Below are positions 8,550 to 16,982 of a stretch of 64,000 nucleotides of DNA, piece after piece (the stretch's first letter is position 1; each line of letters starts with the position of its first letter). The position numbers were made by a program, and so were the translations under genes. The stretch is from contig CAVYRH010000010.1 of the NCBI GenBank assembly GCA_963770835.1, positions 96,001 through 160,000 on the forward strand, written 5' to 3'. Below the pieces are notes generated by a model. It was not told the DNA's origin and ran no database searches. It worked only from the letters and a program-made list of their open reading frames with translations. The DNA is from an uncultured Pseudomonadota bacterium (lineage in GTDB: Bacteria > Oederibacteriota > Muellerivitia > Muellerivitales > Muellerivitaceae).

Positions 8550-9505
8550 AATTCACCCCCGAGACACTGCTTCAAATCTACCTGGACGGATCCTTCACGG
8601 AGGAGGCCCAGGCCGAATTCGACGCGCTAATGAACAAGGACCCCGTTTTTGCCGAGCGGGTCACCCAGGCCCTAGCCGAGCGGCTGGGTCCTGTGCCCGA
8701 TTCCACCGTGGAGGGCCTTGCCTCCCGGCTGGACGGGAAGATCGGGGATCTTTGGAACCGGCACAGGCCTTCGCCTTATGGATCCCTTTTAAGGCTGGGC
8801 TTTCAAATCGCCGTGGCTTTGGCGGTGGCCGGAGGCCTTTTAATCGGCGGCCGCCTTCTGTTGTCCAAGATGAGCTCCGGGACGCCTTCGGGCTTGCGGC
8901 CCTCCGTGACGCTCAACACTCCCGGGACCTCACCCATTGCCGGGGAGGAGCAAAAGACGAAACCGGATACCACTGGGGGAAAAGCGGCGGCCGGGGTTTC
9001 GGGGCCCAGAACCTCCGTCCCCGTGACCGGGCAGGTCCCGGTGAACCCCGGCACGGAGGAAACCGTTTCGCGGAAGAGTGAGCCGCTCCCCGCCCAGTCC
9101 GTTTCTTTCAACGGAACACAGGATGCGGGGATTCCATCCCAATCCCCGGCGGGAAACCAGGAATTCATTGGTTCCACCACAGCACCCGCTGTTTTGATCC
9201 CGCCCGCCTCTTCTTCCGCCTTGGCCCCGAAGGGTTCCTCTTCCGGAACCACGATTGAGGGCAATTCCTTGCGGGTGGTTATCGACACCGATAAGGCCCA
9301 AAACGTGACCGCGACGGTGTTGGACACCAATGGCATGCTGGTCCGGCACCTTTTCAAAGGCGCCCTGGGTGCGGGGGAACACACCGTGGATTGGGATGGA
9401 AAGGATGATTTGGGAAATATGGTTTCGCCGGGTGACTATACGGTTATACTCGATATGGGCGGCAAGAAGATGTCGGGCATCCTGAAGGTGCTGCCCGGCC
9501 GGTAA
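8546..9505 (+). CDS. Putative membrane anti-sigma factor with C-terminal FlgD-Ig (CTD-like) domain
   Basis: ATGA overlap with the sigma stop; N-terminal LLQIYLDG...F anti-sigma-like helix; one TM segment; P/S/T/G linker; tail VLDTNGMLVRHL...VDWDGKDDLGNMVSPGDYTV. Confidence 0.85.
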   Translation: MKFTPETLLQIYLDGSFTEEAQAEFDALMNKDPVFAERVTQALAERLGPVPDSTVEGLASRLDGKIGDLWNRHRPSPYGSLLRLGFQIAVALAVAGGLLIGGRLLLSKMSSGTPSGLRPSVTLNTPGTSPIAGEEQKTKPDTTGGKAAAGVSGPRTSVPVTGQVPVNPGTEETVSRKSEPLPAQSVSFNGTQDAGIPSQSPAGNQEFIGSTTAPAVLIPPASSSALAPKGSSSGTTIEGNSLRVVIDTDKAQNVTATVLDTNGMLVRHLFKGALGAGEHTVDWDGKDDLGNMVSPGDYTVILDMGGKKMSGILKVLPGR

Positions 9506-9587
9506 TCTCTCTCTTCGTTGATTGGCCCGGAAAGATCTCGTTGGCGGACCGGGTTGGATCGAAATCAACGGGTGGGTCGAAAGATAA

Positions 9588-11045
9588 ATGAGGCATTTCC
9601 CTAAAACCCTCCTTTGGCTGGCCGCCCCCTTTTTCCTGCTGGTCCCGGCCGCCTCCCCCGCCCGCGCCCAAACCCTCACCAACGTGGCCGGAAACTGCAT
9701 TGCCGGCTACACCGCAAACGCCGCACCTGCTACCCAGGCCAGCCTTTGGCTTCCCGACGACCTGGCTTTCGATTCCCACGGCAACTACTACATCGCCGAC
9801 GCGGGCAGCAATACCATCCGCGAGGTGAACATTGCCACCGGCATCCTCACCCCCTTCGCGGGGGTCCTTAATTCGGCGGGGAACCCCTCGGCCGGGAACG
9901 GCGGGCCCGCCACCCAGGCCACTCTGGATTACCCCTCCGGCCTGGTATTTGATTCCAGCAACAACCTTTATATCGCCGATTATTACGGCGGCCAGGTCCG
10001 GAAAATCGACGCCTCCACCGGCATCATCAGCACCTACGCGGGAACGGGAACGCCCGGTTACTTGGGGGACGGCGGCCCCGCCACCCAGGCCGAACTGGCT
10101 AATCCCGCCATGGTGCGGTTTGACCCCACGGGCCGCTACCTAGCCATCAGCGACGAGGGCAACAGTACGGTGCGGGAAGTGGACACCACCACAGGCTTCA
10201 TCCGGACCGTGGCGGGCAACGGCACCGCCGGATATTCCGGCAATGGCGGGCCCGCCACCCTGGCCCATTTGAACCAGCCGGACGGCCTGGCCTTCGATTC
10301 GTCCTGGAACCTTTTTGTCGGGGACAATATCAACGGGGCCATCCGGAAGGTGGATGTGACGACGGGGCTCATTTCCACGGTTGCGGGAACCGGCGTCACG
10401 GGCTATTCGGGGGACAACGGGCCGGCCACCCTGGCCCAACTAGGAGACGACCTGGGCAGCCTTAACTTCACCTGCGACGGCAGTCTCATCTTGACCGATT
10501 GCCTCAACGACCGGGTACGCCGGGTGGACAAAACCACGGGGACCATCACCACCGTGATCGGAACGGGGAACGCTCCGGCTACCTGCCCCGCCAGCGGTGC
10601 GGGGGTGCTTTCCACCAACTTGGCCATTCCCCAGGCCCTGGTGTTTGACTCTTCTGGCAATTTGTACCTGGTGGAGTACGGTAATGAATTAGTCCAGGAA
10701 GTTACCGGTGGACTTTGCCCCTCGGCGCCCACCCCCACGCCCTCCTTTTCATCCAGCAACTGCAATACGATAGAGACTTATTCCTACCCCAATCCCGCCG
10801 CGGGAAGCCCCATGAACATCTTCTTCGTCCTTTGTGAGGGAGGGTCAGTGAGGATACAAGTCTACAACTCGGCGGCCGAATTGGTGGCCACCTATAACAC
10901 TAACGGTTCGGCGGGGCCCAACGTTTATCCGGCAAACATCACGGGCTTCTCCCACGGCGTCTATTACTATTTCGTCATTTTCAATGGGAGCTCCGGGGAG
11001 AAAAAATCCAAACCCACTAAATTCGCCCTGACCCGGTCCCAATGA
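9588..11045 (+). CDS. Secreted NHL-repeat (beta-propeller) protein with C-terminal T9SS-like sorting domain
   Basis: Signal peptide ending ARA; repeats GY.G.GGPAT.A.L..P...FD..GN.YIAD; tail YSYPNP...IQVYNSAAELV...GVYYY...KFALTR. Confidence 0.9.
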   Translation: MRHFPKTLLWLAAPFFLLVPAASPARAQTLTNVAGNCIAGYTANAAPATQASLWLPDDLAFDSHGNYYIADAGSNTIREVNIATGILTPFAGVLNSAGNPSAGNGGPATQATLDYPSGLVFDSSNNLYIADYYGGQVRKIDASTGIISTYAGTGTPGYLGDGGPATQAELANPAMVRFDPTGRYLAISDEGNSTVREVDTTTGFIRTVAGNGTAGYSGNGGPATLAHLNQPDGLAFDSSWNLFVGDNINGAIRKVDVTTGLISTVAGTGVTGYSGDNGPATLAQLGDDLGSLNFTCDGSLILTDCLNDRVRRVDKTTGTITTVIGTGNAPATCPASGAGVLSTNLAIPQALVFDSSGNLYLVEYGNELVQEVTGGLCPSAPTPTPSFSSSNCNTIETYSYPNPAAGSPMNIFFVLCEGGSVRIQVYNSAAELVATYNTNGSAGPNVYPANITGFSHGVYYYFVIFNGSSGEKKSKPTKFALTRSQ

Positions 11046-11164
11046 CCGACCCGCCGAATGGTGCCATCGTCGGCGTTCGAGGGTTTTTCCGCCTTTATGA
11101 TGTTGTTTCGATTTTTTTGAATTAGGTCACTGTCAAAAGTAAATTGATTTTGAGGATTTGACTT

Positions 11165-12499
11165 ATGCGCAGACGGCTTCATCACTTCTGTCTTGGCCTT
11201 GGGCTGGCCCTGGCGGCCGGCCCCTTGGCGGCCCAAACAGTTTCCCCTAATAGCGCCACGGCTTATCCCATCCTCTCCGTGGGCCTGAGTGCCCGCGCCA
11301 TCGGCATGGGGGAAGCCTTCACGGCCGTGGCCGACGACTACTCCGCCGTTTATTACAACCCGGCGGGGCTGGGACAAATCCAACAGCCCGAAATCGTCCT
11401 CGCCCACAACCTCTACCTGGACGACGGGTTTTACGACAATGTCGGGGGGATCACTCCCCTCGGCACGGCGGGCACCTTGGCCTTGGGGGCCCGTTACCTG
11501 AATTACGGGAGTATCGACCACAGGGATAATTTCGGGAATTTACTGGGCAGCTATACGCCCTTTGATATCAGCCTTGAAGGGGCCTTCGGCTTCGCTTTGG
11601 ACAAGGAAAGCTTTTTGGGCTTCGGCTCCCAGTGGATCAGCCAGAACATCAACGGCTCGGTCCAAGCGGGTTTGTTGTGGAACGCTGGCCTGCTATTGAA
11701 ACCCTTCGACCGGTTTTCCCTGGGGTTTGACTTGAAGAATTTGGGCGTGGATTCGGGCGGCGACAGCCTGCCCTCCGAACTCCTTTGGGGGGCGGCCTAC
11801 CGCCTGTCCCTGGCCGAAAAGGATGTCCACACCCTTCTCTTGAGCACCGGGGGCAACCTTGCTTTTCAAAGCGCGGGGAGTTTGAACGCGGGTTTTGAGT
11901 ACGGCTTTGAAAAAAACTATTTCTTGAGGGGCGGCTACGTCCTGGATTTACAGAATAACCAGCTAGAAGGCCTCCAGGGATTGGATTTCGGAGCCGGCGT
12001 CCGGCTGGGACTGTTCCAGTTCGACTATTCCTTCTCCTTCGAAGGGGATTTCGGCAATATCCAGCGCTTCTCGCTGAGCTTCTTTTTCCCTCAGCCCGCC
12101 AAACCTGAGCCGGCCGTCCCGGCAACCCTGGAAACGCTCTGGTCCGTGCCGCCGGGGGCCGCAGAGCCGCCGGCTGTGGCCTCCCCGAATGCTCCCTTTG
12201 CGGCCTTCGGTTCTGTCACCCAGCCGGTGCTGATGAGGTTCCAGGTCACTTCCGGGGGGGATCGGACGCCCCAGCAGCTTTTTGACCAAGCCGAGAAAAA
12301 GCTTAAATTGGGCCTCAAAGAGGAGGCCATGGACCTTTACCTGAAAGCCGTTGAGAAGGACCCGCATTTTGAGCCCGCCTGGAACCGCCTGGGGAGGCTT
12401 TATTTCGACCAATCCCTTGAATCCTACCGGAAAGTCCTTGAATTGGACCCCCAAAACGAGCTTTTAAGGGAATGGCTGGACCACTTCCCGACGCATTAG
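11165..12499 (+). CDS. PorV/PorQ-family outer-membrane beta-barrel fused to C-terminal TPRs
   Basis: LSVGLSARAIGMGEAFTAVADDYSAVYYNPAGL signature; alternating beta strands ending QRFSLSFFF; TPR-like YLKAVEKDP, YRKVLELDP. Confidence 0.88.
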   Translation: MRRRLHHFCLGLGLALAAGPLAAQTVSPNSATAYPILSVGLSARAIGMGEAFTAVADDYSAVYYNPAGLGQIQQPEIVLAHNLYLDDGFYDNVGGITPLGTAGTLALGARYLNYGSIDHRDNFGNLLGSYTPFDISLEGAFGFALDKESFLGFGSQWISQNINGSVQAGLLWNAGLLLKPFDRFSLGFDLKNLGVDSGGDSLPSELLWGAAYRLSLAEKDVHTLLLSTGGNLAFQSAGSLNAGFEYGFEKNYFLRGGYVLDLQNNQLEGLQGLDFGAGVRLGLFQFDYSFSFEGDFGNIQRFSLSFFFPQPAKPEPAVPATLETLWSVPPGAAEPPAVASPNAPFAAFGSVTQPVLMRFQVTSGGDRTPQQLFDQAEKKLKLGLKEEAMDLYLKAVEKDPHFEPAWNRLGRLYFDQSLESYRKVLELDPQNELLREWLDHFPTH

Positions 12500-12645
12500 A
12501 AAGCTAAAAAATTTTGGATTAAAGCGGGGGAAGCCCGTCTAGAGGTCGTGAAGGGTCAAGGACCGATCGGGATGAGAGGCCTTCCTTCACGGTATTAAGT
12601 GAGTTGTATCAGTGATTGAAATAGGCAGTCTTCTAGCATTGGGCG

Positions 12646-12678
12646 GCCCGGGGAGCGATCCCCGGGCTTTTCTATTTT
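12646..12678 (+). terminator. Rho-independent terminator between convergent genes
   Basis: GCCCGGGGA-GCGA-TCCCCGGGC (GNRA loop) followed by TTTTCTATTTT. Confidence 0.85.
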
Positions 12679-13465
12679 AAGACCCCGTACTCTGGTAGTG
12701 TTTCAATCCCCAGTCCCAAGCCGCTTGGGCCACGCCTGCGAAAAGCACCGCTACCAAGGGGGCCGTCACAACGCACCAGGGGGAAAGCATCTTCCCGAAA
12801 ACCCAATTGCCGGGCAGGTAGTTGAAAACCCCGTAGGGAAGCAGGACCAAAAGGCCGTAATGCACCCAACCGGGATAGATTCCCAAAGGGTAACGGCTGG
12901 CCTGCAAGAGAGTGTGGGGGATCATGAGGGTATAGCTGTAGGGCCCCACGAACTTAAAGGAGAGGCTGCAAAAAATAACCAGCGCCGACATGTAAATGAC
13001 CCCGCCGGAGAGGACCCAAAGAGGCACCAGAGCCCAATCCCACCAGGGCATATGGAGGGTATAAAGAGAGACGACCGTTAGGATAAAGCCGGTCAATAAA
13101 TTTCCGAAGGAATGAAGCTCCGGGCGCGAGATAAGCAGGAAAGGAAGGGAACGCACGGGGTAAACCATCAGGCGGTCCAGGTCGCCCATGACGATGTAAT
13201 AGGGCACCATCCAGATGTGATTGAAGAAAAGCTCCGAGGTGCCGAGGGACATGGCCGTCAGCCCGAAGAGGAAGATAACCTGCATCTGGACCCAACCCTC
13301 CAGGTTTGAAGTCTGGTGGAAGACGACCCAAAGGAAGGCCAGTGACGCCAGCTGTAGCATGCTGGAAGTCAGGAGACCCAAGAAAAAGTCCAGCTTGTAT
13401 TCCAGCTTGGCCTGCAGGGAAGCCTTGAAGGTGACCCAGTAGATTTTCAACTCATTCAGCATCAA
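12677..13465 (-). CDS. ABC-2 family (DUF990-like) permease
   Basis: Multiple TM helices; LEYKLDF, GDLDRLMVYP and YPLGIYP motifs; in operon with the ATPase. Confidence 0.9.
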   Translation of the reverse strand: MMLNELKIYWVTFKASLQAKLEYKLDFFLGLLTSSMLQLASLAFLWVVFHQTSNLEGWVQMQVIFLFGLTAMSLGTSELFFNHIWMVPYYIVMGDLDRLMVYPVRSLPFLLISRPELHSFGNLLTGFILTVVSLYTLHMPWWDWALVPLWVLSGGVIYMSALVIFCSLSFKFVGPYSYTLMIPHTLLQASRYPLGIYPGWVHYGLLVLLPYGVFNYLPGNWVFGKMLSPWCVVTAPLVAVLFAGVAQAAWDWGLKHYQSTGS

Positions 13466-13486
13466 AACTCCCTAACCGCGGATTTT

Positions 13487-14317
13487 CTAACCGCCCTGGA
13501 TTTCCAACTGGCTCAGGGCTTTGCGCATCACGAAGTGGCCTACTATATAGAGACCCAAACCCCAAAGGGCCTGTTCCCCTAAGAGACGAAGTGCCGCTAC
13601 CCCCTCCACTTTGCCCAAATAAATGGAAATGGGTGTGAAGATGATGTACTGGAAGGGAAGCCACCGGCCCACGGCCAGGAGGACGGGGGGATAAAGGGTG
13701 AGCGGCGCCGAGAGGCCGGAAAAGGTTTGGTGCAGGGCTAAGCGGGAAGCAAAGATTCCATAGCCGCTGTAGGTGTAAAAGGCCCCCTGGATGAAAAGAA
13801 AAACGATGGAATACTGCACTAGGAAAGCCAGGAGGAGGCTGACGATGAAAAGGCCGAAGGCAAGGAGGTTTTTGGGGAGGATTTGCCCACCCAGGAAATA
13901 AAAGACCAAGACTAGGATGGTAAGGCCCACAAAACTATTAAAGATGCAGTCACTCAAGGCCTGCATGGCCTGGGAAAGCTGAAAATCCAGGGGTTTCAAG
14001 AGATCGGTTGCGATCAGACCCAGCCGGATGCGATTGCCCACCCTCTGATCGATGTTAATGGTCAGGGCGTAGTTTAGGCAGAAGGCCAGGGCCAGGTAAG
14101 CGAACATTTCCTGGCGGGGCATTGCTAAAGAAGACCCCTTTTGAGTATAGACGTGGTTCCAAATGAGCACCGAGGTTCCGTAGGCAAGCGCGGAAGTGAA
14201 AAGGCCCAAGACTGTAGTGGCTTTATATGCGAAATTGGCCTTGAGGGCCCGGTTCAAGTAGGCCAGGTAACCGCCGAGGCTTTCTGAAAAGTTGAGGGGA
14301 CGGGCCAATGGCTTCAT
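13487..14317 (-). CDS. ABC-2 family (DUF990-like) permease
   Basis: Hydrophobic; IRLGLIATDLLKP, FSG...PLTLYP and LPFQYIIFTP motifs. Confidence 0.9.
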   Translation of the reverse strand: MKPLARPLNFSESLGGYLAYLNRALKANFAYKATTVLGLFTSALAYGTSVLIWNHVYTQKGSSLAMPRQEMFAYLALAFCLNYALTINIDQRVGNRIRLGLIATDLLKPLDFQLSQAMQALSDCIFNSFVGLTILVLVFYFLGGQILPKNLLAFGLFIVSLLLAFLVQYSIVFLFIQGAFYTYSGYGIFASRLALHQTFSGLSAPLTLYPPVLLAVGRWLPFQYIIFTPISIYLGKVEGVAALRLLGEQALWGLGLYIVGHFVMRKALSQLEIQGG

Positions 14318-14320
14318 GGC

Positions 14321-15339
14321 TCAGGCCTTTCCGTCGCCGGGTTGGCGGTAGATGCGGGTGACGATGGTTTCGATATCGGTCTTTTCAAGGTTGATATCCA
14401 CCACTTGCAGCTGCTGGAGCATCATCTGGATCAAGGCGGGAGCTGCTCCCTCCTCCCGGTATTCCACCACCACCCGGTGCCCTTCGGCTTCGACAACTTT
14501 TCCCCCGCTTTCCCGACGTCCTCCGAAAGGGACCGGGCGGCCGTGGCATCCACGGGCTTGTGAGTTTCGGCCACGATGCGGCGGTCGCTGGCGTATTTCT
14601 GCTCGAAGGCCCGGATGGAGCCGTCGAAGAGAAGTTTCCCCTTGTCTAATAACAGTAGGCGGTCGCAGGTTTCGGTGATGTCCTTCAAGTCGTGGGTGGT
14701 GATGAGCAGCGTGATGCCGAACTTGGTTTGGATATCGGTGATGAATTCCCGGACCTGCTCCTTGACCGAGAGATCCAGACCGATGGTGGGCTCGTCCAGG
14801 AAGACAATGGCGGGGGCGTGCAGGAGGGCCGCCGCCAGGTCGCAGCGCATGCGTTGGCCAAGGGATAGATGCCGCACAGGGGTGTTCAAGAGGGGTTCGA
14901 GCCCCAAGCGATGGAGGGCTTCCCCATAAACGGCCTTGTAAACATCCTCCGGAATGCGGTACATGGTCTTCAGGAGCTCGAAGGTTTCCCGCACCGGGAT
15001 ATCCCACAACAGTTGGGGCCGCTGGCCGAAGACTACGCCGATGTTCAAAGCCAACTGGCGCCGTTCTTTCCAGGGCACCCGGCCCAGGACTTCCAACTTG
15101 CCGCCGGTGGGAACGATGATTCCCGTCAGCATTTTGAGCGTCGTGGATTTGCCCGCCCCGTTCTCCCCGATCAGGCCGACTTTTTCCCCGCGGGCGATGG
15201 AAAAAGTGAGGTTCTGAACCGCGGGGACTTCCTCAAATTGGCTGGAGAAGAGGCTTTGAACGGAGCCCAAGAGGCCGGCCTTACGGACCCGGCGCTGGTA
15301 ACTCTTGGATAGGTTTTCGACAGTGAGCGCTTTTTCCAT
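14321..15339 (-). CDS. ABC transporter ATP-binding protein, frameshifted near the C-terminus at about 14498-14506
   Basis: Walker A GENGAGKST, LSLGQ signature, LDEPTIGLD; a plausible C-terminus (DIETIVTRIY) lies in another frame, ending at 14321 beside the permease start. Confidence 0.9.
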
Positions 15340-15393
15340 AAATGTTCCCTAAATTTTCCTTGGCGGGTGCGGTTTCAACCATACAGGTGGAGC

Positions 15394-15422
15394 ATCTTAT
15401 TCTTGGGAAAAAGGGGTGTCAA
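15394..15422 (-). promoter_or_regulatory. sigma70-type promoter of the ABC operon
   Basis: TTGACA-17 nt-TAAGAT on the minus strand. Confidence 0.65.
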
Positions 15423-15529
15423 CGAGCCCTTTACCGGCCTGAAGTCTATTTTATGCAACAAGTCATATTGAAAATCCGGCAAACAACGCAGACTATAAAA
15501 ACCGATTGATATCGGTAAAGGAGATCGAC

Positions 15530-15790
15530 ATGACACCGCTTCGAACGCCCGATATGAAAGACGCCCAAATGGAGGCGGATATCCACCACAAGCTCCTCGC
15601 CCATGAAAAAAAGTCCTGGATTCAAGTAATCGCCAGGGATGGATACATTAATCTTTTCGGTTTTGTCGGCGGCTTCAAAGAGAAACGGGAAATCACTGAG
15701 ATCGTCCAATCTCTGCCCGGAGTCCAGATTGTAACCGACCATCTCCACGTCGATTGTCGGGAGGATAAAAAGGAAGTAGCGCATTTTTAG
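15530..15790 (+). CDS. Single BON-domain protein
   Basis: SD AAGGAG then ATG 15530; IQVIARDGYINLFGFV...IVQSLPGVQIVTDHL. Confidence 0.8.
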   Translation: MTPLRTPDMKDAQMEADIHHKLLAHEKKSWIQVIARDGYINLFGFVGGFKEKREITEIVQSLPGVQIVTDHLHVDCREDKKEVAHF

Positions 15791-16036
15791 CAGGATGATG
15801 AAAAAGTCTAAAGTGCAGACTTTTTCCTATTTTCGTCGCGAATCACCCCTTTAAAAGCAAGGGGTTAAATTCGATTCGCGCCAAGCCCGTGGCTGTAGAC
15901 AGGGTGTAACGGCATTTTTTAAGCACCCTGTTAATTGCCTCTAAAAAAGCCGGTTAATCGGCCTCCGTTGAAAGCTTTGCCGGTGGGGCGTACTCTTTCT
16001 GTAAGCCTATGTTTTCCCAACAGAAGGAGGCGCAAC

Positions 16037-16270
16037 ATGGCTAATCCCTATATTTCCGATCCGAAGGATGTTGAGCTGGAAGCCGCCGTCAGCCGCGCGG
16101 TGCGCGGGTTGGGGCTGGGAATCCACGTCGGCGTCAAGGGCGGTCACGTGACCGTTTCCGGCATTGTGGACGATTTTGAAACCAAGCGGGACATCCTGAC
16201 CGTTGTCCGGGGTGTTGCGGGCGGTCACACCATTACCAATAATGTCCGGGTGGCGCGCGTGGCAGACTAA
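16037..16270 (+). CDS. Single BON-domain protein
   Basis: SD AAGGAGG then ATG 16037; IHVGVKGGHVTVSGIV...VVRGVAG...ITNNVRV. Confidence 0.8.
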   Translation: MANPYISDPKDVELEAAVSRAVRGLGLGIHVGVKGGHVTVSGIVDDFETKRDILTVVRGVAGGHTITNNVRVARVAD

Positions 16271-16420
16271 GAATATTTCTCCGTTTCCTTTAATTTTAAA
16301 AAAGGAAAATTCCTGCGCAGCGCTTGTTGGCTGTCATTTGCCTCTCAACATTTGATGAAACTCCCTCGTCGATAAGGTATACTTTCGCCTTTCCGTGACA
16401 TTTTCCTTGGAGGAATCGAC

Positions 16421-16885
16421 ATGATTTACCGCTATGTGGTCATAGGTTTGGTGGTCTTGGTAGGAATCGGCTTGTGGGTAACGGCCTGCGCCAAAAAGGA
16501 TCAGGGTGGAAACGCCTCCACAACGGCGACCTCTTCGGGGGGCGCCACCATTACGACCGCCTCGGGCCTTCAATACGTCGTTTTAAAGGAAGGGGACGGA
16601 CCTGTCGCCACGGCCGGCAAAATGGTGTCGGTGCATTACACCGGCTGGCTGACGAACGGGACCAAATTCGACAGTTCGGTGGACCGGGGCCAACCCTTTC
16701 AGTTCGGCTTGGGCCAGGGCCAAGTCATCAAGGGTTGGGATGAGGGCGTGGCCGGCATGAAGGTCGGTGAAAAGCGGAAACTGATTATCCCCTCCAACCT
16801 GGGATACGGCGAGCGGGGCGCGGGCAACGTGATTCCGCCCAATTCCACCCTTGTCTTCGACGTCGAACTTCTGGGCATTCAGTAA
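16421..16885 (+). CDS. FKBP-type peptidyl-prolyl cis-trans isomerase, probable lipoprotein
   Basis: [40 protein letters not shown] lipobox-like motif. Confidence 0.96.
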   Translation: MIYRYVVIGLVVLVGIGLWVTACAKKDQGGNASTTATSSGGATITTASGLQYVVLKEGDGPVATAGKMVSVHYTGWLTNGTKFDSSVDRGQPFQFGLGQGQVIKGWDEGVAGMKVGEKRKLIIPSNLGYGERGAGNVIPPNSTLVFDVELLGIQ

Positions 16886-16982
16886 CCGGGTTAAATATTA
16901 AGTAAAGGATGATCGCCCTATGCAAATTTTGATTTTGAAAAGCGGTATTGATACGGGAATTTGCATGGGCATCCAGTAAACC

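Noticed and set aside
12526..12645. Assignment as 6S, SRP RNA or hammerhead ribozyme
   Set aside because: Lacks the symmetric 6S bubble, the SRP core motif and the CUGAUGA core; kept only as an unassigned candidate
14890..14910. tRNA T-arm-like GGGGTTCGAGCCCC
   Set aside because: Inside the ABC ATPase CDS, with no cloverleaf around it
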